Source: an uncultured Gemmatimonadales bacterium (lineage in GTDB: Bacteria; Gemmatimonadota; Gemmatimonadetes; Gemmatimonadales; Gemmatimonadaceae). Taken from it: a DNA stretch of 64,000 nucleotides. Made by a program: the position numbers and the translations under genes. The stretch is from the NCBI GenBank assembly GCA_963850905.1, contig CAWKMU010000004.1, positions 416,001-480,000 on the forward strand, in the 5' to 3' direction. Under the pieces are notes generated by a model. It had not been told where the DNA came from. It saw nothing but the letters and a program-made list of their open reading frames with translations, and did not search any database. Of the stretch, positions 1 to 8,631 are shown piece after piece. The number at the start of each line of letters is the position of its first letter. The first letter of the stretch is position 1.

Positions 1-1
1 C

Positions 2-382
2 GCCACGACCGCCGCCCTCTCACGGCGCGAACACCAGGTCATGGACATCCTGCACCGCCGGCGAGAGGCGACGGTGGCTGAGATCATGGACGACCTGCCC
101 GATCCACCGACCTACTCTGCGGTGCGATCCGTGCTACGAATCCTGGGTGAGCGTGGACTCGTTAGGTACAAGGAAGACGGGCCACGGTACGTGTACTCGC
201 CGGCGATTGCGACAGAGGCCGCCCGGGAGGATGTCTTGGCTCACGTCGTCCGCACCTATTTCGGCGGCTCGCCCGAGCAGGCCGTGACCGCGTTGCTTCG
301 CATGTCGGACGCGGACATCGGGCCGCAGGATCTCGACCGACTCCGCAAGACCATTGATCGCGCGCGCCAGCGCGGGAGATAA
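2..382 (+). CDS. BlaI/MecI/CopY-family transcriptional repressor (5' end runs off the window)
   Basis: Frame is open from nt 2: LSRREHQVMDIL...TYSAVRSVLRILGERGLV...GPRYVY. Lies directly upstream of an M56 gene. Confidence 0.9.
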   Translation, partial: ATTAALSRREHQVMDILHRRREATVAEIMDDLPDPPTYSAVRSVLRILGERGLVRYKEDGPRYVYSPAIATEAAREDVLAHVVRTYFGGSPEQAVTALLRMSDADIGPQDLDRLRKTIDRARQRGR

Positions 383-387
383 CTGTC

Positions 388-2493
388 ATGCCCTCGCTGC
401 CGTTCGCTTCGACGCTGCTCGCGCGTCCCGAATGGACCACCGATCTAATCGTTTTGCTCCTCAAAGCGACGCTTGTCCTCGTCGTCGCCTTCGGCATCAC
501 CCGGACGATGCAGCGCGCGTCGGCCGGCACTCGTCACCTCGTCTGGTTGGTCGCGCTGGCGGGATTGCTCGTCGTGCCAGCATTGACGGCGTGGGCCCCG
601 CTCGAGCTCCCCATCCTCCCCGCCCTCTCGCACCCGAGCCCGACAGACGTCACGACCGTCGCGCGCGTCGATGCGCCGATACCGGAACGCACGCCTGCGA
701 CCATCACGACCGGCCTCGGCGACCACGCGCAGCGCACGCGCACCGTGGAAAGCACTGTCGCGTCGCCGACGCTTGGGCAAACGGAGCACTGGACGGGCTG
801 GGTCATCGACGGCGCTGTCCTCATGCTGGCCGTTTGGATGAGTGGCGTGCTGATCGTGCTGACCTCGCTCGCTTGGTCGGGATTGGCGGTGCGACGCATG
901 CTGCGCCGTGCCCATGCGCCCGACGATCCGGCATGGCGCACGATTCTCGTCGAAGTGGCCGACCGCCTCGGACTCGATGAACCGCCTCGGTTGCTGATGA
1001 GCGCTGATACACAGATGCCGTTCGGATGCGGCGTGCGGGAGCCGACCATCGTCATCCCGGAGCAGAGCGAAAACTGGTCGCTGGGTCGGCGACGCGCCGT
1101 GCTGCTGCATGAGCTCGCGCACGTGCGCCGCCGCGATCTCCTGGCGCACATGCTCGGCCGCATCACCTGCGCGTGCTACTGGTTCCATCCCCTGGTCTGG
1201 GTCGCGGCCAAGCGGCTGCGATCCGAGAGCGAGCGTGCGTGCGATGATCTCGCAGTCACCTGCGGTACGCTTCCGGCGGACTACGCCGAGCACCTCCTGG
1301 ACATCGTGACCGCAGTCCGCGCCCCTGCGGTGCCGACCGTTGCACTGGCGATGGCACGGCGCAAGGAATTCGAGGGGCGAGTCCTCGCCATTCTGGATCC
1401 CGAGCTCCCACACTCATCGCCGCGTCGAGGCACATCCATCGCGTTGATCGCCACCGTCGGATTGAGCGCGGGCCTCGTGGCAGCGGCCGCGCCGGTGCCA
1501 CGCTCGCAACCAACGGCGCACGAGCCGCCGTCATCCACGCTGCCAACGCCGACTGTCCAAGCGCAACCGACGGTGCCGCTGCGAGCGGCGGCCCCTGCAC
1601 CAACTCCGCAGCCGCGTCGCATCACGGCGGCGACGCCGGCGCCCGTGACGAGTGCGAGCACGACACTCGCGCCCGACGCGACGGCACATCAGATCCTGAA
1701 TACGCTGCGCCTTCCGTCGGGCGTAGCGGTCGCTCGCGGCGAACCCCAGGCGACCAACGCGCAGCAGCCACCCGATGACCGGCCGGCGCTCCTCGCAAAG
1801 GTACTGCGCTCCGATAGCAGTGCGACCCTGCGCCGCATCGCGGCCTGGGGCCTCCAACAGTACGAGAAGTCATCGGTCGCGGCCGACGCGCTCGTCAACG
1901 CGGTCAGACACGATGCCGACGCCAGTGTCCGGGAGATGGCTGCGTGGTCGCTCCAAGACTATGACCATCACGGTGGGGTGGTCGAGGCGCTGAGCGCCGC
2001 GCTTCGCGGTGACCCCGATTCGCGAGTGCGGGGGACGGCTGCATGGGCGCTCGGTGGGCTGGGCGCGGATGGGGCCGCTGATGCCCTCACTGCGGCGCTC
2101 TCGGATTCGAGCGAAGCCGTCCGAAGCCGTGCGGCGTGGGCGCTCGGGAACGCGGAAGTGAAGCAGGCGCCGCCAGCGCTCATCGCGATGCTCCGCGACC
2201 GCGACGCCGAGACTCGGCAACTAGCGGCCTGGGCGCTCTACCAGATCCAGGATCCGGCTGCCCTTCCTGCCTTGGAGGCAGCGCTCCGCACCGAGTCCAA
2301 CGAGGAGGCTCAGTTCGCGTACCTCCGTGCGATCGCGGTGATGGGCGACAAGTCGGTGGATGTGCTGCGAGGCCTGCTCGAGTCGCCCGACAAGCGAATC
2401 AAATCCATGGCGGTCCGCGCGCTCGCCGGGGGGCATGCGACCGGGCCGTGGCCGTGGCCCTGGCCCGAACCGCGGCCGGACCCCGAGTCGTAG
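388..2493 (+). CDS. M56 (BlaR1-like) membrane metallopeptidase with C-terminal HEAT repeats
   Basis: N-terminal TM helices, HELAH zinc motif, YWFHPLVW and ERACDD motifs, Pro/Thr linker, repeated AAWALG units, tail GPWPWPWPEPRP. Confidence 0.9.
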   Translation: MPSLPFASTLLARPEWTTDLIVLLLKATLVLVVAFGITRTMQRASAGTRHLVWLVALAGLLVVPALTAWAPLELPILPALSHPSPTDVTTVARVDAPIPERTPATITTGLGDHAQRTRTVESTVASPTLGQTEHWTGWVIDGAVLMLAVWMSGVLIVLTSLAWSGLAVRRMLRRAHAPDDPAWRTILVEVADRLGLDEPPRLLMSADTQMPFGCGVREPTIVIPEQSENWSLGRRRAVLLHELAHVRRRDLLAHMLGRITCACYWFHPLVWVAAKRLRSESERACDDLAVTCGTLPADYAEHLLDIVTAVRAPAVPTVALAMARRKEFEGRVLAILDPELPHSSPRRGTSIALIATVGLSAGLVAAAAPVPRSQPTAHEPPSSTLPTPTVQAQPTVPLRAAAPAPTPQPRRITAATPAPVTSASTTLAPDATAHQILNTLRLPSGVAVARGEPQATNAQQPPDDRPALLAKVLRSDSSATLRRIAAWGLQQYEKSSVAADALVNAVRHDADASVREMAAWSLQDYDHHGGVVEALSAALRGDPDSRVRGTAAWALGGLGADGAADALTAALSDSSEAVRSRAAWALGNAEVKQAPPALIAMLRDRDAETRQLAAWALYQIQDPAALPALEAALRTESNEEAQFAYLRAIAVMGDKSVDVLRGLLESPDKRIKSMAVRALAGGHATGPWPWPWPEPRPDPES

Positions 2494-2610
2494 CCGCACG
2501 CCCGCCCTGACGCCATTCCAGGACTGACCAATGTGTTTTTCGCACGCTCGACTGCTGATTTTTCAACCTACGGCACGCGGCGACGCGCCGTGTCCAACAC
2601 CGGAGTCGCT

Positions 2611-3999
2611 ATGCAACGCATGATCGGACTCGCTGCATTTGCTTCTGTCCTGTCGATCGCGGGTGGCCACGGCGACCGGCTCACGGCACTCGCAGGGACA
2701 CCTGCGCCGGCTGTGATGGCTGCACCGCAGGCGCCCGTCGATCTCGAGGCGCTGCTCGCCGCTGCACACGGAGCGCCGCCGATGATCTGCGCGCTCGCCG
2801 CGCGCTCCATTGGAAACGGAAGGTGGGGGCGGTGGGCCGATGCACCCGAAACGCCTTTGGGTTCGGTCGCTGTCGAGGACAATGGGGAAGAGAGAACGCG
2901 CCAGCTGTCCGCCGCCGATGAGGATCGCTTGCTGGCGGGCTTGGCCTCCGATGACGCCTGCGTCCGCGAGCTGTCGGTGCGGCTGTTGGGCGATCACGAG
3001 AACGCGCGCGTTGCCGGTGCCCTCGTCACTCGGCTCACGTCGAGTGATCCCTCCCTCCGGGCAATCGCTGCCGCCGGCCTCGGCCTCCTCGGCTCGGAGA
3101 CCGGCATCGACGGATTGATTGTCGCCCTTCGAGACGGTACGCCTGCCGTGCGCGCCAACAGCGCGTGGGCACTGGGTCGGATCGAAAACGGACGGGCGCT
3201 GTCTCCACTCGTTCAACTCTTTCGCGACAATGACACGACGGTCCGCGCAGCCGCTGTCGTCGCGGTCGGACGGCTCGACTCCACGAGCGTTACCGCGGCG
3301 CTGACGCGCGTACTGCAGCAAGACCAGGTGCCGTCCGTCCGGCGGGTCGCGGCCTGGGCACTTGGGACCCTGGAAGCCCACGACGCGGCCGCGGCCTTGG
3401 CGGCTACCCTCGGACACGACACGGACCCTCGCGTGCGGGAGATGAGTGCGTGGGCGCTCGGCAACATCGAGGCGAAGAACGACGCTGCGGTGCTCGTCAC
3501 TGCCCTCCAGCACGACGAAGATGACAAGGTGCGAGAGACCGCCGCGTGGGCCCTTGGCCAAAGCGAAAGCGTATCGTCGATCGACGCGCTCGGTGCCGCA
3601 GCCGGTGCCGACCACAGCGCCCGCGTTCGCGCCACGGCCGCGTGGGCGATCGGCCAGCTCGCCGACGACGGCGGACGCGCACCGGCGGGACTGCTGCGAG
3701 TGCTGACCGACGAGAGCGACGAGGCGCGTCTCAAAGCCGCCTGGGCGCTCGGACAGCTTGAGGATTCGACCGCCCTCCCAGCAATTCGACTGGCGCTCAA
3801 CGCAGAGAAGAACACCGAGGTACGGCGAGCGCTGGTTCGCGCATTGGTCAAGTGCGGCGGACGCTCGGAGCAGACGCTGAGCGCATTGCTCAGCTCCAAC
3901 GATCCCGCAGTCCGCGAGGCGGCCGTGCGCGGACTCGCCGGCCGCGAAGCCTTCGGCCCATGGCCAATGCCCGAACCGCGCCCGCGTCCCTTCCCATGA
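2611..3999 (+). CDS. Exported HEAT-repeat protein
   Basis: Signal-peptide-like MQRMIGLAAFASVLSIAG (ORF open from 2533), many VR..AAWALG repeats, tail GPWPMPEPRPRPFP. Confidence 0.85.
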   Translation: MQRMIGLAAFASVLSIAGGHGDRLTALAGTPAPAVMAAPQAPVDLEALLAAAHGAPPMICALAARSIGNGRWGRWADAPETPLGSVAVEDNGEERTRQLSAADEDRLLAGLASDDACVRELSVRLLGDHENARVAGALVTRLTSSDPSLRAIAAAGLGLLGSETGIDGLIVALRDGTPAVRANSAWALGRIENGRALSPLVQLFRDNDTTVRAAAVVAVGRLDSTSVTAALTRVLQQDQVPSVRRVAAWALGTLEAHDAAAALAATLGHDTDPRVREMSAWALGNIEAKNDAAVLVTALQHDEDDKVRETAAWALGQSESVSSIDALGAAAGADHSARVRATAAWAIGQLADDGGRAPAGLLRVLTDESDEARLKAAWALGQLEDSTALPAIRLALNAEKNTEVRRALVRALVKCGGRSEQTLSALLSSNDPAVREAAVRGLAGREAFGPWPMPEPRPRPFP

Positions 4000-4006
4000 T
4001 CGGGCG

Positions 4007-4160
4007 GCAGGGGCAACGCATGCGTCGCCCGCCCGTCTGACACCCCACGCACGATGCGTCGCCGCCCGCCAGTAGGGGCGACGCATCGTGTCGCCCGCCT
4101 GTGTGACACGCGCGCACAAGGTGTCGCCGCCCGCGGGTAGGGGCGACGCATGCGTCGCCC
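4007..4160 (+). repeat. Cluster of three GTAG-type REP-like hairpins, 65-bp period
   Basis: Variants of GTAGGGGCGACGCATGCGTCGCCC start at 4007, 4072 and 4137. The two linkers resemble each other. Confidence 0.8.
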
Positions 4161-4258
4161 TGCCAAGGGGCACCGTCCTCGATTTCCGGGAGACGGCCCG
4201 GGCATTTGCCCGGCCCTTTCTTGGTTACGGTGTGTCTAGCCGGCTCTGAGGTTGGTTC

Positions 4259-4279
4259 TCCAGCGTCCAGCGTCCAGCA
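4259..4279 (+). repeat. TCCAGCG heptamer tandem repeat (3 units)
   Basis: tccagcg tccagcg tccagca. Confidence 0.7.
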
Positions 4280-4353
4280 CCATATTCATGGAGGTCTCGT
4301 GAACAGGCGAACGCGACTTCTATAGGCCTCGTGCTTCACCGGGAGGGAGGACG

Positions 4354-5163
4354 ATGGCGGGTGAACCGACGCGCAATCCGACCGACTTCCTTGCCGCCGA
4401 GCGAACGTTCCTCGCGTGGGTACGGACGGGACTGGCGCTCATGGGCTTTGGCTTCGTGGTTGCTCGGTTCGGCCTATTCATACAGGAGCTCGGGCTTGTG
4501 CCGGCCGGCGCACACCTGCCGTCGACTGGCCTGTCATTACCACTTGGCACGGCGCTCATTGCGTTGGGCGTCGTCGTCAACGCCTTCAGCGGCTGGGCGT
4601 ATGTGCAACTGATCCGGCGGCTGAAGCGGGGGGAGACGGTCCTCCAACTGTCGGCACCGCTCGGCGTCGTGCTCGCGGGACTCCTCGCGGTGTTGGGCGT
4701 GGCGATGGTGGTTGGACTGATGTCGGTCAACAAGCAGCCGCCGAAGGCCAGCGGCAATGCGGAGGAAACGAGGATGACGCCAGGCAACGGCATCGTGACC
4801 GTAGCGAGTCACCAGTCCGTCGACAAAACCGTCGATACGCTCCAGAGCCTGCTGCGGGAGAAAGGCATCAAGCTGTTTGCGCTCATCGATCACAGTGGCG
4901 AGGCCAAGGCTGCCGGTCTCGAGATGGGCCCGACCAAGCTGCTCATCTTCGGAAGCCCCAAGGCAGGGACGCCGCTCATGATCGCCTCGCCAAGCATCGC
5001 GATCGATCTGCCGCTCAAGCTGTTGGTCTCGGAAGACTCGAGCGGCAAAGTGTGGATCTCGTATAACGCGCCCGCGTACCTGCAAGCTCGACACGGGCTG
5101 CCACAAGACCTGCTACAACCACTCGCCGGCGTCGCGGCGCTCGCGAACAAGGCAGCCGAATAA
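4354..5163 (+). CDS. DUF202 (YidH-like) membrane domain fused to a DUF302 domain
   Basis: LAAERTFLAWVRTGLALMGFGF at the N-terminus; IDHSGEA...LLIFGSPKAGTPLM...IDLPLKLLV at the C-terminus. GGAGG RBS upstream. Confidence 0.85.
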   Translation: MAGEPTRNPTDFLAAERTFLAWVRTGLALMGFGFVVARFGLFIQELGLVPAGAHLPSTGLSLPLGTALIALGVVVNAFSGWAYVQLIRRLKRGETVLQLSAPLGVVLAGLLAVLGVAMVVGLMSVNKQPPKASGNAEETRMTPGNGIVTVASHQSVDKTVDTLQSLLREKGIKLFALIDHSGEAKAAGLEMGPTKLLIFGSPKAGTPLMIASPSIAIDLPLKLLVSEDSSGKVWISYNAPAYLQARHGLPQDLLQPLAGVAALANKAAE

Positions 5164-5166
5164 GAT

Positions 5167-5192
5167 GTAGGGGCGACGCCATGCGTCGCCCC
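5167..5192 (+). repeat. REP-like hairpin
   Basis: gtaggggcgacgccatgcgtcgcccc between convergent genes. Confidence 0.75.
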
Positions 5193-5200
5193 CGAACTGA

Positions 5201-5905
5201 TCAGAACCGCAAAGTGATGCCCGACGAAATGACGGGATACAGGCTGAGTTTATTGACTGACCGCTGCGTTGTCGCTTGCTGCGCGGCGAGATCGGTCGCG
5301 AGCGGTGCGTCCGTCGCAGCGCCCGTGGCGGTGAGTGCGACCTGCGGGCGCGAAAGGATTGCGCCGATATCGAACGAGGCCGCCATGAGGGTCTTGCGAG
5401 CCGGTGTGCCAAATCCGAGCCCGAGGTAGCCGCCGCTCGATGGATACTTGAACGATCCGTTGAGCACACCCACCTGCGCCTGCGTATACGAGTCGTGGTT
5501 GATCGTGATCGTCCCATTCGGACCGGGGATCGCGGTGCCGGTGAGTTGCGTGCGGTTGATCACCATCCCGCCGGTGATGTGCAACGCGCCGCGCGCCATT
5601 GGGTAGAGGTCCAGCAACAGCGGGACGCTCTCCAAGCGCAGCGTGCCGGCATACTGCACATCACTGAAGGTCTCGTTCGGGCTGAGCGAGAAGTAGTTCA
5701 AGCCGGCTCGCACACCGAGGTGGCTGAATAAGAGCTTGCTGACTTGGCCTCCGAAACCAAGGGTCCCAAAGGTCACGCCAACGCCGAGATCGAGATGGCC
5801 GACGTCCTGTGCACTGAGCGCCATCGGTGTTGTTGCAAGTACGAGTCCCATACAGGCGAGCACTTCGCGCAACCGTTTGGATGTTGCCCGGCCGGAGACT
5901 GCCAT
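5201..5905 (-). CDS. Probable outer-membrane beta-barrel protein (start uncertain)
   Basis: Signal-like segment ending ALSA-QD, GTLGFG motif, amphipathic strands, C-terminal Phe. Confidence 0.7.
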   Translation of the reverse strand: MAVSGRATSKRLREVLACMGLVLATTPMALSAQDVGHLDLGVGVTFGTLGFGGQVSKLLFSHLGVRAGLNYFSLSPNETFSDVQYAGTLRLESVPLLLDLYPMARGALHITGGMVINRTQLTGTAIPGPNGTITINHDSYTQAQVGVLNGSFKYPSSGGYLGLGFGTPARKTLMAASFDIGAILSRPQVALTATGAATDAPLATDLAAQQATTQRSVNKLSLYPVISSGITLRF

Positions 5906-6097
5906 CCCACGTGATCGGAGACTGCCTCCCATCTGCATCGCGTACCTCCACAGGGGCGGAAGCTGGTGCTGAGGACTGACGACCGCGGGGAACGCCACGG
6001 ATGCCGATTACTTACTCGAAGGCCTGAGCCCCGAGCGCTTACCTTACCATACGATCGACGTTGGACCTTCGTCTCACTTGGCGCGCCGGCGAGGACC

Positions 6098-6928
6098 ATG
6101 AACAGCGAGCAAGCGGCGACCGCGTTGTGCAGCTTGAATCACTTCTACGCCGTAGTGGACACGGCGACCTATCGGGCCATGGAAGGTGATTCGTTTCTGC
6201 GCCGGGCCTTCGCGCCAAACGAGCGGCGGACCACAGTTCGGACGGACCAGACCTACACAGGCCTGTACTTCTACGGCGTCAATACCTACTTCGAGGTGTT
6301 CGACGTGGCCGACTCGGGTGGCCGAGCGGTCGGCGACTATGGACTCGCCTTTGGTGTCGACAACGTCGGGGAGATCTCAGCCCTTGGCGAACGGGTAGGT
6401 CCCGATCTCGAGTCGGAGCCCGAGCTGATCACGCGGTTGTATGAGGGGCAGCAGGTGCCGTGGTTTTTCATGGCGACATTGACACACTTTCCTCACGGAT
6501 CCGCGCACAGCTCGTGGGTGATGGAGTATCACCCGAACTTTCTGAACCGATGGCATCCACGTCCGTATGGCCACGCTGGTGTTCGGCGTCGCGACATCCT
6601 CGCTCGCTATCGTGACGTTTTGGGTGAGCAAGTTGTCGATCCGATCCTCGTCGACGTCGTTGGCTTGACGATTGCCGCGAACGCCGCAACTCGCCAGCAC
6701 CTCACATCGTTCTGCACGGCCGCCGGGTATCGCGCCGAGACGTCGGACGGCAGCGTGGAATTGCACGGCCCCGATCTCGTGTTGCGACTCGTGGCGGCGA
6801 ACGGCACCGCCGAGAGCATCCAGCAGGTGGAGATGCGAACCGACCGTCAGCCCTCCAAACTCTCCGAGCTGCAGTTCGTCCGCTCGACGCTTCGTTTCAC
6901 CCCCGGCCACGCGACCCTCATTTTCTAG
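6098..6928 (+). CDS. DUF5829-like hypothetical protein
   Basis: LNHFYAVVD..TY...RTTVRTDQTYTGLYFYGVNTYFEVF. GAGG precedes ATG 6098. Confidence 0.65.
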   Translation: MNSEQAATALCSLNHFYAVVDTATYRAMEGDSFLRRAFAPNERRTTVRTDQTYTGLYFYGVNTYFEVFDVADSGGRAVGDYGLAFGVDNVGEISALGERVGPDLESEPELITRLYEGQQVPWFFMATLTHFPHGSAHSSWVMEYHPNFLNRWHPRPYGHAGVRRRDILARYRDVLGEQVVDPILVDVVGLTIAANAATRQHLTSFCTAAGYRAETSDGSVELHGPDLVLRLVAANGTAESIQQVEMRTDRQPSKLSELQFVRSTLRFTPGHATLIF

Positions 6929-6993
6929 CCTCCAGCGTCCAGCGTCTAACGTCCAGCGTCTAGCGTCTAGCATCTAGCATCTAGCATCTAACC
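6924..6993 (+). repeat. TCYARCR heptamer tandem repeat (about 10 units)
   Basis: tccagcg tccagcg tctaacg tccagcg tctagcg tctagca x3 with degenerate flanks. Confidence 0.85.
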
Positions 6994-6999
6994 CCCAGC

Positions 7000-8469
7000 G
7001 TGTATCGTCCCATCACTACCTGTGGAAGCCGCACTTTCGCCGTTGCGTGCCTCTCGCTGACCTACCTGTCTCCCGCTCGCCTCGCAGGCCAGGGAGCCGT
7101 GGACTCGACTCGTGCGGCAGACCCCGCGACGTCGACAGCCGGCATGCACACAGTGGCGGGCATGGGCGTGACGGACAGCGTGCACGGTGCCGCCGCCACT
7201 CCAATGGGCAACATGGGCATGCGACCGGGACCACTGGGCATACCGATCACGCGAATGGGGTCGGGGACGTCCTGGCTACCGGACGCCGCGCCAATGCGCG
7301 CCGAGCACATCATGACCGGCGGCTGGGAGTTGATGATCCATGGTTCGGTCTTCGTGACCTACGATCAGCAGTTCGGCGGCCCGCGCAGCGCCACTCAATT
7401 CGGAAGCCAGAATTGGGCCATGTTCATGGCCAGCCATTGGCTCGGCGCGGGACGACTCGAACTTCGTACGATGGTCAGTGCCGAGCCCTGGACCGCCACG
7501 GATCGCGGGTATCCACTCCTGCTCCAATCGGGCGAGCAATACAATGGCGCCCCGTTGCACGATCGACAGCACCCACACGACCTGTTCATGGAAATCGCTG
7601 CTGATTACCAGACGCCAATTACCAAGACCGTAGGTCTCGACGTGTATGGCGGTCCCGCCGGTGAGCCGGCACTCGGGCCCGTGGCGTTTCCCCACCGTCC
7701 GTCAGCATCGAGTGATCCCTTTGCCCCACTCGGTCACCATTGGCAAGACGCGACCCACGTGAGCTTTGGCGTGCTCACCGCCGGCATCTTCACCCATGAC
7801 GTGAAGCTCGAAGCGTCCACCTTCAACGGTCGTGAGCCGGATCAACATCGTCTAGATATTGACCTCGCCACCCCGCACAATCCGACATTTGACTCCTACT
7901 CGACACGCCTGAGCTTCAATCCTGGAGCGCAGTGGAGCCTGGCCGCGTGGTACGGTTATCTCAGAAGTCCCGAGCAGCTGGAACCCACAGTATCACAGCA
8001 TCGGATGGGGGCCTCTGTGCTCAATTCCCGGCGCTTTGGTGCGCACGGGCAGTGGTCGAGTGCCGCGATCTATAGCGCCAATCTGTACTCGAACGACCCA
8101 CGCTTGAGCAACAGCGCGCTCGTCGAGACCAACCTCGACTTCGACGGACACAATACTGTATTCGGTCGTGCCGAATTCGTCACCAAAAGCCCCGATGATC
8201 TCGACGTGCCCACGCCATTGCCCCCTGCCCCCAATCGGTTCAACATCGGGTCATTCACGCTGGGCTACGTGCGGGAAATTGGGCCTCTTACCCGGTTCGC
8301 CTCGGCCGGGCTCGGTGGGCTCGTGATCCTCAACGCCATTCCGTCGACACTCGACGAGACCTATCACACGCGCGTGCCCCGCGGCTACGGCATCTATGTG
8401 CGCGTTCGCCCATCGACCGTTCACGGTGCAGAAAGCCAGTCGATGGGCAACATGCACATGGGAACGTGA
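7000..8469 (+). CDS. Uncharacterised exported, probably outer-membrane protein with Met/His-rich ends
   Basis: Signal peptide; SGTSWLPD, QSGE..DRQHPHDLFME, GEPALGPVAFPHR and LGHHWQDATH motifs; beta-strand pattern. Confidence 0.75.
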   Translation: MYRPITTCGSRTFAVACLSLTYLSPARLAGQGAVDSTRAADPATSTAGMHTVAGMGVTDSVHGAAATPMGNMGMRPGPLGIPITRMGSGTSWLPDAAPMRAEHIMTGGWELMIHGSVFVTYDQQFGGPRSATQFGSQNWAMFMASHWLGAGRLELRTMVSAEPWTATDRGYPLLLQSGEQYNGAPLHDRQHPHDLFMEIAADYQTPITKTVGLDVYGGPAGEPALGPVAFPHRPSASSDPFAPLGHHWQDATHVSFGVLTAGIFTHDVKLEASTFNGREPDQHRLDIDLATPHNPTFDSYSTRLSFNPGAQWSLAAWYGYLRSPEQLEPTVSQHRMGASVLNSRRFGAHGQWSSAAIYSANLYSNDPRLSNSALVETNLDFDGHNTVFGRAEFVTKSPDDLDVPTPLPPAPNRFNIGSFTLGYVREIGPLTRFASAGLGGLVILNAIPSTLDETYHTRVPRGYGIYVRVRPSTVHGAESQSMGNMHMGT

Positions 8470-8631
8470 ATTGACTCGCTGGGCTCCTTGCCCGCCGTAC
8501 TCGACCGCTCGATTACCCTTGCATTTCAACTTGGTTGCCTCAATCTCCAGACACACCCCCGCCGTCTAAGCGCACGCCGTCGCCCCGGGTGCACCAGCTA
8601 ACATTTAGCGTCCAACGTCTAACGCGAGCCA

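Noticed and set aside
4007..4160. CRISPR-like spacing (24-bp palindromic repeat, 65-bp period); also 39609-39757
   Set aside because: The repeats are degenerate, the linkers resemble each other, single copies are dispersed and no cas genes are present. This fits REP clusters.
2563..4173. Long antisense ORFs (also 51214-52734, 45100-46434 and 25247-26302)
   Set aside because: They are shadows of well-supported genes in high-GC DNA and have no recognisable motifs.
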